Assembly (NCBI GenBank): GCA_900617105.1
Contig: UYFQ01000130.1
Coordinates: forward strand, 1 to 38,678
DNA: 38,678 nt
Origin: Hydrurus foetidus
Taxonomy: Eukaryota
Direction of reading: 5' to 3'
Shown here: positions 11,345 to 20,622 of the stretch, piece by piece
How the letters are laid out: each line of letters begins with the position of its first letter
How positions within the stretch are numbered: the stretch's first letter is position 1
Notes under the pieces: model-generated
Seen by the model: only the letters and a program-made list of their open reading frames with translations
Databases searched by the model: none
Told to the model about the DNA's origin: nothing
Position numbers and translations under genes: made by a program

Positions 11345-12091
11345 TTAGACACTCACCCCAGTCGACCGCCGACCCAATCCAGTTGTTCTAACAACTTCAC
11401 CCCACATTGGAAGTACCACTGAGCAATGCTGTATCATCGCCATCATCTTCCGGCATCTCCACACAGAGTGCCACAGCTCCCAAAATGACCGCAGCAGAGC
11501 AGCAGGAGACCCATATTAGACACTCACCCCAGTCGACCGCCGACCCAATCCAGTTGTTCTAACAACTTCACCCCACATTGGAAGTACCACTGAGCAATGC
11601 TGTATCATCGCCATCATCTTCCGGCATCTCCACGCAGAGTGCCACAGCTCCCAAAATGACCGCAGCAGAGCAGCAGGAGACCCATATTAGACACTCACCC
11701 CAGTCGACCGCCGACCCAATCCAGTTGTTCTAACAACTTCACCCCACATTGGAAGTACCACTGAGCAATGCTGTATCATCGCCATCATCTTCCGGCATCT
11801 CCACGCAGAGTGCCACAGCTCCCAAAATGACCGCAGCAGAGCAGCAGGAGACCCATATTAGACACTCACCCCAGTCGACCGCCGACCCAATCCAGTTGTT
11901 CTAACAACTTCACCCCACATTGGAAGTACCACTGAGCAATGCTGTATCATCGCCATCATCTTCCGGCATCTCCACACAGAGTGCCACAGCTCCCAAAATG
12001 ACCGCAGCAGAGCAGCAGGAGACCCATATTAGACACTCACCCCAGTCGACCACCGACCCAATCCAGTTGTTCTAACAACTTCACCCCACAT
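11345..12091. repeat. Tandem array, 171-bp unit, about 4.4 copies, homologous to the 170-bp unit
   Basis: Period 171 (11345, 11516, 11687, 11858, 12029); shares GACCGCC, AGTTGTTnTAACAACT, ACCACTGAGCA, TCGCCATC and GCAGGAGACC with array A. Confidence 0.97.
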
Positions 12092-12199
12092 AGGAGATAT
12101 TTTGGAAGAGTCACAATTAGTTTTAAAGCGTGTTAGTTAGTTTACATACGTGAGAGAAGATTTACTATCGAGATAATTTCTTAAACAGTTACTTGTACT

Positions 12200-13120
12200 T
12201 TATTTCAAGATTGCACTTTTCGCTTTGATGCTTGCATTCTTGAAGCTTGAGCTTGAGCTTGATGTCTTGTGTCTATTGCTGTTACTCATCGCATTGCGCA
12301 ATTGTTGTAGCTCATCTTCAGTCGGAGCAGGAAATTTCTTGACCTTCCAACGTCTCGCCATTGCTCCAAGCGTGAGAGCCTTGGCATTACCGACTTTGCC
12401 TTCTTTCATGGTCAGGAAATCATTCGTCATAGTGGTAAGCACTTTGCAGATACCCCTAATCAGATGTTCCCAATCGCCATAAGCTGGATCAGTAGCTGCA
12501 TTGGGCTGTGTGCCCTTCAGAGAATCCAGTTGGCTCTTGGTGGCAAGCATTTCAACCAATTTCATGAGACTCTTGGCGTCAAGAAGATTGTCTGTTGAGA
12601 CCTTGCTGCCAATAGCTGACATCCAGGACCGCTGCATCAACTCAACTTCGTTTCCTTTCACTGCTCCGAGTCCCCTCGCATACCAATCATATATGAATGT
12701 CTCTGTGGCCTTTGAGCTAAGTGTTGCCGGATTGTATCCTGATGCTGAAGGTCTAAAGTGACTGTTAAAAATGGTTGCAACACTGACATCCCTAGCGACA
12801 GGTTCCTCCTGCACTGCAGCTGCGTAGGGTTGGGTGTCTACAATGAGAGTGCCGTCATTGCGAGACCTCTTGCACCCACTACTGGCACTTCGGGGGGTAT
12901 TCTGTGTCGAGCATAGCATGCTGAGTTTTGCATTTATCTCGTGGATGGTACCGTGCATTGACTCAATAGTAGATGCCATGTTGGAAATTGACTGCAATGG
13001 ATTATATACGAATTGTTAGAGTGTAATTGTTCAGAAGTAGATAACATTTAGGTGTACCTCTTGATTGCTCGCGACCACTTTCTCGAGGACTACTATCTTC
13101 TCGAGTAGTACCGGTATTAG
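12200..13120 (-). pseudogene. 3' part of YR gene B (exon piece 13120-13058, intron 13057-12992, exon 12991-12200)
   Basis: LIPVLLEKIVVLEKVVASNQE matches LIPVLLERIIILEERVRSSQE of gene A; ETFIYDWY, KEGKVGN and GAMARRWK are shared. Confidence 0.85.
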
Positions 13121-13449
13121 TATGCTGCGTCACGGCTTCGACGAACTGGTCGAAGATGAAACGTTAATTGTCCAGTTGGGCAGATTGGCGCAACTGGGGA
13201 TCTTGTCAGACGAATTGGACTGAGCAAGGGATTTGGCTGACTCAAAGGAGTCGAAGTTGGTTTTGGGTTTCAGTAACGTTAGTTAATAAGATGTGAAAGG
13301 AGTGTGAGATTAGCTACGATGGAGTATGTCTCGAGTTGAAGTTGTCGAACAGTCAGAAACCGAAAACTGGTCCGAAAAACTAGTGGCTACGAGTGACGTG
13401 CGTTGTGTATGTACATACGTGTGATTGATATGAAGTAACGAATGTAACA
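13121..13449 (-). repeat. 3' LTR of Gypsy B
   Basis: Direct repeat of 20294-20622. Confidence 0.95.
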
Positions 13450-13460
13450 CCACCCCCTTT
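13450..13460 (-). other. Polypurine tract of Gypsy B
   Basis: Minus strand AAAGGGGGTGG abutting the 3' LTR. Confidence 0.85.
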
Positions 13461-13569
13461 CCGGGTGAAATGTATTACAATGGTAAAAAATAAATACGCT
13501 GTATTAACTACATCTCAGTGAGTTCATCAAATACAGGGTATCGCTAGAAAAGCTAAATTATGTGAATTT

Positions 13570-13656
13570 AAAAAATATGGGTGTGAGCTGTACAGGGTTC
13601 GAACTCACGGCCTTGAGCGTTGTGAGTCTCGTGCTCTCCCAATAGACCAGTGCAAA
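13570..13656 (-). ncRNA. tRNA-type Pol III cassette (A box, B box, T6 terminator) inside Gypsy B
   Basis: TGGTCTATTGG (13649-13639), GAGTTCGAACCC (13606-13595), then ...CCCATA-TTTTTT; the cloverleaf stems are poor. Confidence 0.5.
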
Positions 13657-13824
13657 AAGAACATTTTTCATGCCACTTTTCAGGGCGCCGGAAAAATTGT
13701 GACGTGGCTGCAAAATGGTTTTTTCAGGAAAGGAAAAAGTCGAGTCGCGAAATATTCGACTATACACCACATACCTCATACTGAATGAATCGTTAGGATA
13801 TTCACAACTCAAGTACACAGCATC

Positions 13825-14463
13825 ATGAAGGACGAGTTCCAGCCGTCGAAAAACTTGTGCATGGCCGCTGCGATGGTTTTGCCACTGTCTGCGCAGCAGC
13901 AGGGGTGGATGCGACTGGGTGGCGATGCAGGCGATGTGTTCAAGGAATCTGCGGGTTTGCCTCTTGATCATAAGCTTCACTACGGCGCATCGGTGGAAGA
14001 TGCAGTTGGTTTTCTGAAGTATGTGTGTGCTGGGAATCGAGAACTGGGGATAAAGTTGAAGTTTGAGTTCAGGAGGGTTGTAGGAAGACACGACAAGAGC
14101 CGCCGTTGGAACGTTCAGTCGTTGATGAAGACAGTAGGAAGAAGGAGAGGAATTTATGTGATATTCGGCAAAGCAAAGCGGTTGAACCGGTTTCACGAGG
14201 CGCTTATCAAGAGGATGAAGAAAGCAGATTGCATGGGTGAAGAACTCGAGATTTTCAGCAAGGTGGCCAAGGGATTGAGTCGTAAAGATCATGCATGTAG
14301 TGTTCGTAATGATGAAAATGGATTGAGATTATTTGATAATGCATGTACTAAGGGTAGCATTGATTTTAGCATTGTGAACTTGGCAGGCAAGATGATTGAT
14401 TTGACGGATTGTTATTATTTTGACTTGTATGAGAAGGGAAAGAAAGCGAAGATAACTAAATAG
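13825..14463 (+). CDS. Antisense accessory ORF of Gypsy B, 212 aa, putative papain-fold (Josephin-like) cysteine peptidase
   Basis: ATG-initiated intact ORF between pol and the 3' LTR; QPSKNLCMAAA ... DHACSVR ... LRLFDN pattern (C-H-D). Confidence 0.6.
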   Translation: MKDEFQPSKNLCMAAAMVLPLSAQQQGWMRLGGDAGDVFKESAGLPLDHKLHYGASVEDAVGFLKYVCAGNRELGIKLKFEFRRVVGRHDKSRRWNVQSLMKTVGRRRGIYVIFGKAKRLNRFHEALIKRMKKADCMGEELEIFSKVAKGLSRKDHACSVRNDENGLRLFDNACTKGSIDFSIVNLAGKMIDLTDCYYFDLYEKGKKAKITK

Positions 14464-14623
14464 AGTATTATTTTAGGGGGCAAACCCACATTTTGAATGC
14501 CGTCCTCACATAGTAGCTTCGGCTATGTTTCATTGAGTGGGAAAAGGAATGTGGGCAAGCCTCAGACGTGTTCTCAAAGACTGAAGTGTTCCAGCTGGAG
14601 CAGGATGGAGTTCGAAGGTAAGT

Positions 14624-17600
14624 TTACTTGTACTGTTGTGGAATGATGTTTGACATGTTGTTTTGTTCGAGATATTCGTGTACAACCGATACCTTTTTCA
14701 TTTCAGCCCATGGTTCCCATGAATCATGTGCTGAGGAGTAGTTGAACCAGCGGATTAGGAACTCGAGGGAGGACACTTTCTTCGCATTTCCACGGTGAGT
14801 AATGACTGAATCGACAATGAATTCATCACGGTCGAGAAGTGCTGATGTTTGTGCATCGGTTGTAGTACCAACGAATGGTGTAACTCTGCTTGAGTGAAGT
14901 ACTGAGATGATGTTGGTAACGACATGTTTGCATTTAATATCGTTTTTTATTTGTTGTATTACTTCGTAGGGTCCGAGGAGCTTTGGAGAAAGCTTACTGG
15001 ATCGTAGGGATTGTGGAGTCTCTAGTGGATTCCATAGGATGAAGTCTCCAGGTTGGTATATGTTGTGCGAACTTGAAGGCGTGTTGGATTGACGTTTGCT
15101 GCGTAGTGATTCCTGATATGTACTGGTTATTGATCGTACTATTGCTAGATTGCGATCAAGGGCTGTTACAAGGTCACAATACTTGTGTCCCGGCAGTAGT
15201 GGCGGCGGAAGTTGGAACCGTGCATGATCTCGCGTGCCGAATTTGAGTTCGACGGGAGACAAGCCTCCAATTTCGGTGTTTGGCATCGTCATAAGTGCGT
15301 GATTGATTAGGGGTAGGACTGTGTCGGAAGCCCATTGATTTGTAAATCTTTCATCATGTACTAGTCTACGTAAATGTCCCATGAATAGAGCATTTACGTG
15401 TTCTGTACCGTTTGATTCGTGTCGTCCGACGAGGGATATTCGGTGTGGAATACCGATCCAGCGATTGAGATGGTTCAGTACTTCGGCGGTGAATGCACTG
15501 CCAGGATCGGAGTACAGAGAGTCATAGGATCCAAAGGTACAGAAGTGTTTGAAGAGTATGAGTGCAACTGTTTTGGCTGTGTAATCTCGGATCGGATAAG
15601 CCTGAGGGAACTTTGTGTCGAGTTCTACGACAAGAAGTAGACCGACATATCCATCTTCGTCGTGTGGAGTGACAGTGACGTGATCGATTCCTATCGACCG
15701 AGGATGATGAAAAATTGTCTCACGGATCTCATTGTTGGGAATTGTGTGCATTGGGAGTCGGTCCTTCTGACAGATAGGACATTCAGACACAAGATCTTGA
15801 ACAACACGTAGAGGGATACCATGGCCAGGAAATTGTCGACAGAGAGCAAGGTAAGTACGTTTTGCACCGTGGTGTAGTGAGCGACCACCATGAACAGCAT
15901 CAAACATGTGCTGTACAGTAAGAGGAGTTGAGATGGTAGATAGAGTCGTTTGTGTTGTAGGCGGAGGGTACATGCGTGAGAGCCAATCTGCGACAGTATT
16001 GCTCTTGCCGGGTATATGCTTGACGTCAAAGACAAAGCTCTGGAGAAGGACACGCCAGCGAACAACGATCGGAACATGGCTGGTCTCAATCCAGACAAGG
16101 TTGCGGTGGTCGGTTTCCATTAGGAACGGTTTACCACGTAGGTAGTAGTTAAATTGAGTGACTGCATAATACAGCGCATACGCTTCTTGTTTGAAGGTGT
16201 CCCAATTGACTGCAGCTCCAGAGTATTTATGTGAGGCAAATGCGATTGGTTGGTGTATGACTGTACCATTGGAGTCTGTGTACTCTTGAAACAGAACAGC
16301 GCCGACGGCGTGATCAGAAGAGTCTGATCGAATAATCCATGGCAGCGAGTAGTCTGGAAAGTGTAGTGTGACGGACTCAGTGATGGCTAATTTGAAGACT
16401 TCGAACAAATGTTTATAGTCGGTTTTCCATGTTGAAGGGTCCCAGTTGAAGCCAGCGGTAGTGCATTCGTATAAGGCGGATGCCCATGAGGCGAAATTGG
16501 GAATGTGAGTGTGGAAGAAGTTTGCTGCTCCTAAGAAGCTTTGCATTTGTTTTTGTGTTGTTGGGAAGATCATCGATGAGATGGCAGCTTTGCGTGCATC
16601 CGAGAGCTGCCATGAACCAGGGTGAACTTCGTATCCAAAAAACGTAACAACGTCTGTACCTATCCAAGACTTCTTCATCTTTAGGACGAGACCATACTTT
16701 TGGCAACGGTGTAGCACCTGCTCAAGTTTCGACAGAGCATCGTGGTAGTCGGAGGCAAGAATGAGAAAGTTGTCAAAGATGACTATAATCCAGTCGTCGA
16801 AGTCGGCGAAGATACGGCGAACGATGGACTGCAGAATACCAGATGCTGGACCAACTCCTTCCGGAAGAAACTTTGGCCGGAACAATCCCCATGGTGTAGA
16901 TACAGAGAGGAGGTTGGAACTAAAGTCATCGATAGGAATTTGATGGAATGAATTTGTCATGTCGAGATCGACGAAGATTTTCCAACCAGCAGCTTTTGAA
17001 AGGGACTGTTGGACGTGTGGTATTGGCTCTTGTGGGATGTTAATAAATGGATTAATAGGGCGATAGTCGCCGCAGAGCCGTATAAATGGAGCTGTTGCTT
17101 TGGGTGCTATTACGAGCGGACAAGCAATTGAAGATGTAGATGGCTCGTAGAAGTACGTACGCATTCGATCAAATTCAGTTTTAGCATCTTGAAATAAGGC
17201 TTCTCTAACGGGACGAGCTCGTGCCCTTAGGTAATCTGGTAAGCCAGGTTTGACATCTAGATGGTACGGCACCATGTCAATTCCCTTCCACGCACGTGGA
17301 ACAAAGACATCGTAGGCAAGTTCTGATTGGAGGAGTATCATGATTGCTGGGCAAGCAGTGCGAATTTCAGTGGTCACGTGTGTGATCAGATCAGAGTCAT
17401 ATATAGCACGAGCTTCTTCCGGAGTAGTTGTAAGGTAGGCAAGAATATCATCGGGGAAACTAGTCGGGTCTGGGGTATTGATCTCTTCAGGTGCAAGAGA
17501 GTCTATGGGCTTAGACCAGGGCCTAATGATGTCACCAGGATCTGGGGAGCATAGTAGCGCAGATAACATGGTGTATTGATTTTCGACCCGGTCGTCAGCG

Positions 17601-18352
17601 AAGACGTGACCTAGGCGGGGATGTGCGAGAATGTTTGTTACTGTTCCATCTTCGAGCGCAAGTAGGTGAATGTGAGTGCTGGCACTGTTGCACATCACAT
17701 CTTTGCGTCCAAGATAGTCTGCACTGCATTCTTGCAGTTTCTGTTTCGCTTTTAGTACGTCCTCTTGATTGTGTTGAAGACGAAGCTTACTTATTGCTTT
17801 TGTATCTTCTGTTAAATTTGTTCCTAGATCATTGGTGATTGATAACTGGCGTGCTGTTAGGACAGAATCAGCGAATAGGTCGTAGAATGGACCGATGAGA
17901 TCAATCAAACCAATGATAATGTCATGACTTAGGATGTCAAGGACGCTGTACCAGAGGCGATGTTGATGATTGTTGTTGGTGGAATCCAGGATACCGACAG
18001 TGAGTGGAACTTCAAGTTGAATTGACAGGAAGCGAGCATCGCCGAGGCGAACAATTTTATCGATTGGACGACTGAGGTCAGTAACACTTGGAGGTAGGCT
18101 GTCGTATAGTTCTCTGGAGATGAAGTTGCTTCCCTGTGCGCCAGTATCAAGTAAACCACGACTGAAAGGCATCAGACCAGTGTTAGTTACAATGGTACCA
18201 GAACGAATGAAGGGTTGACATAGAGTTTGTGACGTAGTAGATGTCGCAGATGCTAGTTGGTTGAGCAGTGCTTGCGTTAGGATTTTGTCCGGGTCAAAGA
18301 TTGTCGGATGCGGATAGTCATTAGAGGAGGCGAGGTGATCTTCGATATGCAT
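14624..18352 (-). CDS. pol: Pol of Gypsy B: protease, RT, RNase H, integrase, chromodomain
   Basis: LLDTGA, DYRPIN, LPEGVGPA, IFDN, SDSSDHAVG, TDHRNL, H..H..CPIC, IDH/SDPG/TEH, LLGPY, FLIRWFNY..DSWEP. Confidence 0.95.
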   Translation of the reverse strand: MHIEDHLASSNDYPHPTIFDPDKILTQALLNQLASATSTTSQTLCQPFIRSGTIVTNTGLMPFSRGLLDTGAQGSNFISRELYDSLPPSVTDLSRPIDKIVRLGDARFLSIQLEVPLTVGILDSTNNNHQHRLWYSVLDILSHDIIIGLIDLIGPFYDLFADSVLTARQLSITNDLGTNLTEDTKAISKLRLQHNQEDVLKAKQKLQECSADYLGRKDVMCNSASTHIHLLALEDGTVTNILAHPRLGHVFADDRVENQYTMLSALLCSPDPGDIIRPWSKPIDSLAPEEINTPDPTSFPDDILAYLTTTPEEARAIYDSDLITHVTTEIRTACPAIMILLQSELAYDVFVPRAWKGIDMVPYHLDVKPGLPDYLRARARPVREALFQDAKTEFDRMRTYFYEPSTSSIACPLVIAPKATAPFIRLCGDYRPINPFINIPQEPIPHVQQSLSKAAGWKIFVDLDMTNSFHQIPIDDFSSNLLSVSTPWGLFRPKFLPEGVGPASGILQSIVRRIFADFDDWIIVIFDNFLILASDYHDALSKLEQVLHRCQKYGLVLKMKKSWIGTDVVTFFGYEVHPGSWQLSDARKAAISSMIFPTTQKQMQSFLGAANFFHTHIPNFASWASALYECTTAGFNWDPSTWKTDYKHLFEVFKLAITESVTLHFPDYSLPWIIRSDSSDHAVGAVLFQEYTDSNGTVIHQPIAFASHKYSGAAVNWDTFKQEAYALYYAVTQFNYYLRGKPFLMETDHRNLVWIETSHVPIVVRWRVLLQSFVFDVKHIPGKSNTVADWLSRMYPPPTTQTTLSTISTPLTVQHMFDAVHGGRSLHHGAKRTYLALCRQFPGHGIPLRVVQDLVSECPICQKDRLPMHTIPNNEIRETIFHHPRSIGIDHVTVTPHDEDGYVGLLLVVELDTKFPQAYPIRDYTAKTVALILFKHFCTFGSYDSLYSDPGSAFTAEVLNHLNRWIGIPHRISLVGRHESNGTEHVNALFMGHLRRLVHDERFTNQWASDTVLPLINHALMTMPNTEIGGLSPVELKFGTRDHARFQLPPPLLPGHKYCDLVTALDRNLAIVRSITSTYQESLRSKRQSNTPSSSHNIYQPGDFILWNPLETPQSLRSSKLSPKLLGPYEVIQQIKNDIKCKHVVTNIISVLHSSRVTPFVGTTTDAQTSALLDRDEFIVDSVITHRGNAKKVSSLEFLIRWFNYSSAHDSWEPWAEMKKVSVVHEYLEQNNMSNIIPQQYK

Positions 18353-18379
18353 TTCGGCAAAGGAAGGCCTCGCAAAATC

Positions 18380-20092
18380 CTATTTCTGATTTGGACGTGT
18401 CGAGGTGGACGGATAAGTAGGCTTTATGACTCCACGGAAGTTCGTAGAGCTGGTGGTTTTAAAGCTTTGTGAGTTGTTTGTTTTCAAGTTGCTACTTGGT
18501 TCTTGTTTTGGCGAAGACCATGGCTCGAGCTGTCCATGCTGTTGGAGCTCACGTTTGGCAAGTAGTGTAAATGATTGAATGCAGCGTTCTTGACCTGCAG
18601 TTGAATGGTCGAAGGTGCAACCAGAACTCTGGCGTGTGCATCTACCGTAGACAAATGCTTCGCTGCAAAATCCACGAAATGTGGCAGAAACAGCTGAGCG
18701 TGAACGATGCTGATCTGTACTGATTGCAAGAAGTGAATCCTCAGTAGATATTTCCGCGTTCGCGTCATTTGAAAGATCTAGATCTTCAGCCGAGTATGTA
18801 GGCGCATTTTCATCTTCTGTGTCCTCATCATTTTCATTGTCATGTGTGGATGACATCTGTTGGGTAGAGAGCTCGATTGATGCAAAGTTGGACTGCAGTC
18901 GTTGGTCATGTCTGCGTGGAGTGGTGAATTGCGGACGGTTAGGTGCTGAGATCTGCTGGCGTGTATGGGATTCGCCTTGAGTGTAGCGTAAATCTTCATA
19001 GCGTATAGGAGTGAGCTTTGCATCAAAGTCTTGACGAGACTCGCTTTGGACGCGGCCTTCCATGAGCCTGGCTCTGATGAACTTGACTGATGATTCTAAA
19101 GTCTTGTGTTTAACCAGTTCGTCCTTACTAAGCCACTGTAAGATTGAGTCTTTTTGTGTGCCCAAGGAGATGAGCCATAAGGCAATTTGGCCAGGGCTGT
19201 CCCTAGTTCCATAGGCTTGGACCGGTATCTTTGATTTGTTCGTGCTATGGTTGGAAGTTTCCTCGGACATAAGATCATGTAGGTGATGTAAGTCGGTCAG
19301 TGACTTCATTAATGGGGCGTAAAACGTACTGGAGAAGTTCTCGGTGGTTATGGATGGGGCTTGTGGGATTCCTTTGCCGAGAAATAGGATGAGTTCTTTC
19401 GAGTAGAGTTCTTTTGTGCGTGGCCTCGCAGCCTCTACCAGGATAGCTTGGACTTCCGAATTTGATAGAGATAGCCAATCTTCTACCATAATTTCGTTGG
19501 ATTCAAGGCCAGTTATGAGAGATTCTCGATAACGATGGGAATTCCACGATGCTACGACGTGTGGACGTAGGTTGTAGGAAACCATGTGAGCCATTTTAAT
19601 TTCGCGGCCAGGATATTTAGAAGATAGTAGTTGAAGTTGTCGAGCTAAGTACTGAAGACCTTCAAGTGAACTGACTTTGAGTTCCTTGTCGTATACAATA
19701 TCGGCTTGAAGCACTTGTATGTTCGATTTGAACGGCGTATCTGCGAGGAGCGTATCCGTGAGCTGTGGGGTTGATGGAAGTTGAGATATGCCGAAGAACA
19801 TTGAAGATCTTCTGCTGCCACGAGATCTAACGGGATAAGGAGTCTCCATGCTTTCCGAGCCCATTGGAGACTGAGTGCTAGATCTGTTAATTGCTTTGAT
19901 TGCCTCTTTCAATTCGTTGATGTCGGCGCGGTTGCTAGCCTGAGTTTGATTGCTTGATATCAAGAATTGGGAAAACATTTCCTTGAGCTCAAGAATTGCA
20001 TTTTCTGTCTGATCTTCTTTTAAGCCCTCGATCTTCTTCTTTGCTTCTTCCTTCTTCAAGTCTTGAGTTTGGATTCCCTTTCCTTCCGACAT
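18380..20092 (-). CDS. gag: Gag of Gypsy B (first ATG at 20092), with a CCCH zinc finger
   Basis: Long ORF between the 5' LTR and pol; N-terminal coiled-coil-like region; C-x8-C-x6-C-x3-H near the C-terminus. Confidence 0.85.
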   Translation of the reverse strand: MSEGKGIQTQDLKKEEAKKKIEGLKEDQTENAILELKEMFSQFLISSNQTQASNRADINELKEAIKAINRSSTQSPMGSESMETPYPVRSRGSRRSSMFFGISQLPSTPQLTDTLLADTPFKSNIQVLQADIVYDKELKVSSLEGLQYLARQLQLLSSKYPGREIKMAHMVSYNLRPHVVASWNSHRYRESLITGLESNEIMVEDWLSLSNSEVQAILVEAARPRTKELYSKELILFLGKGIPQAPSITTENFSSTFYAPLMKSLTDLHHLHDLMSEETSNHSTNKSKIPVQAYGTRDSPGQIALWLISLGTQKDSILQWLSKDELVKHKTLESSVKFIRARLMEGRVQSESRQDFDAKLTPIRYEDLRYTQGESHTRQQISAPNRPQFTTPRRHDQRLQSNFASIELSTQQMSSTHDNENDEDTEDENAPTYSAEDLDLSNDANAEISTEDSLLAISTDQHRSRSAVSATFRGFCSEAFVYGRCTRQSSGCTFDHSTAGQERCIQSFTLLAKRELQQHGQLEPWSSPKQEPSSNLKTNNSQSFKTTSSTNFRGVIKPTYPSTSTRPNQK

Positions 20093-20293
20093 TGTTTGAA
20101 AGAGAAAGGAGATGTAGACCTCTTCTTCTCGGAGTGGCTTTGCGAACGTATTGGATTTAGACTTCACTTACCTCAGAGATTCTGAATCTCGCTGAGCCAG
20201 GGCGTTCACTGCTTTCTGGCGTGTAAGAAACAAATCAACTGAGGGGAGTCGATTGTAATAAACGTTGTCTCGTGTTTACTAGAAATATATATT

Positions 20294-20622
20294 TATGCTG
20301 CGTCACGGCTTCGACGAACTGGTCGAAGATGAAACGTTAATTGTCCAGTTGGGCAGATTGGCGCAACTGGGGATCTTGTCAGACGAATTGGACTGAGCAA
20401 GGGATTTGGCTGACTCAAAGGAGTCGAAGTTGGTTTTGGGTTTCAGTAACGTTAGTTAATAAGATGTGAAAGGAGTGTGAGATTAGCTACGATGGAGTAT
20501 GTCTCGAGTTGAAGTTGTCGAACAGTCAGAAACCGAAAACTGGTCCGAAAAACTAGTGGCTACGAGTGACGTGCGTTGTGTATGTACATACGTATGATTG
20601 ATATGAAGTAACGAATGTAACA
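20294..20622 (-). repeat. 5' LTR of Gypsy B
   Basis: Direct repeat of 13121-13449; minus-strand TGTTAC...GCAGCATA. Confidence 0.95.

Larger units (their letters stand above)
13121..20622 (-). mobile_element. Ty3/Gypsy chromovirus B, full-length, intact ORFs, recent; TTAG target-site duplication
   Basis: 329-bp direct repeats with one difference; TTAG at 13117-13120 and 20623-20626; removing the element restores the YR B frame (GETL-IPVL). Confidence 0.96.

Noticed and set aside
6803..12091. Retrozyme or hammerhead-ribozyme satellite
   Set aside because: The size fits, but I found no CUGAnGA...GAAA core on either strand of either monomer by eye.
13558..14292. 244-aa minus-strand ORF as an env-like gene
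   Set aside because: It is the shadow of the plus-strand 212-aa ORF and shows no signal peptide or transmembrane pattern.
20483..20622. C-terminus of the 155-aa ORF
   Set aside because: It is read-through from YR B into LTR sequence; the true continuation is at 13116.
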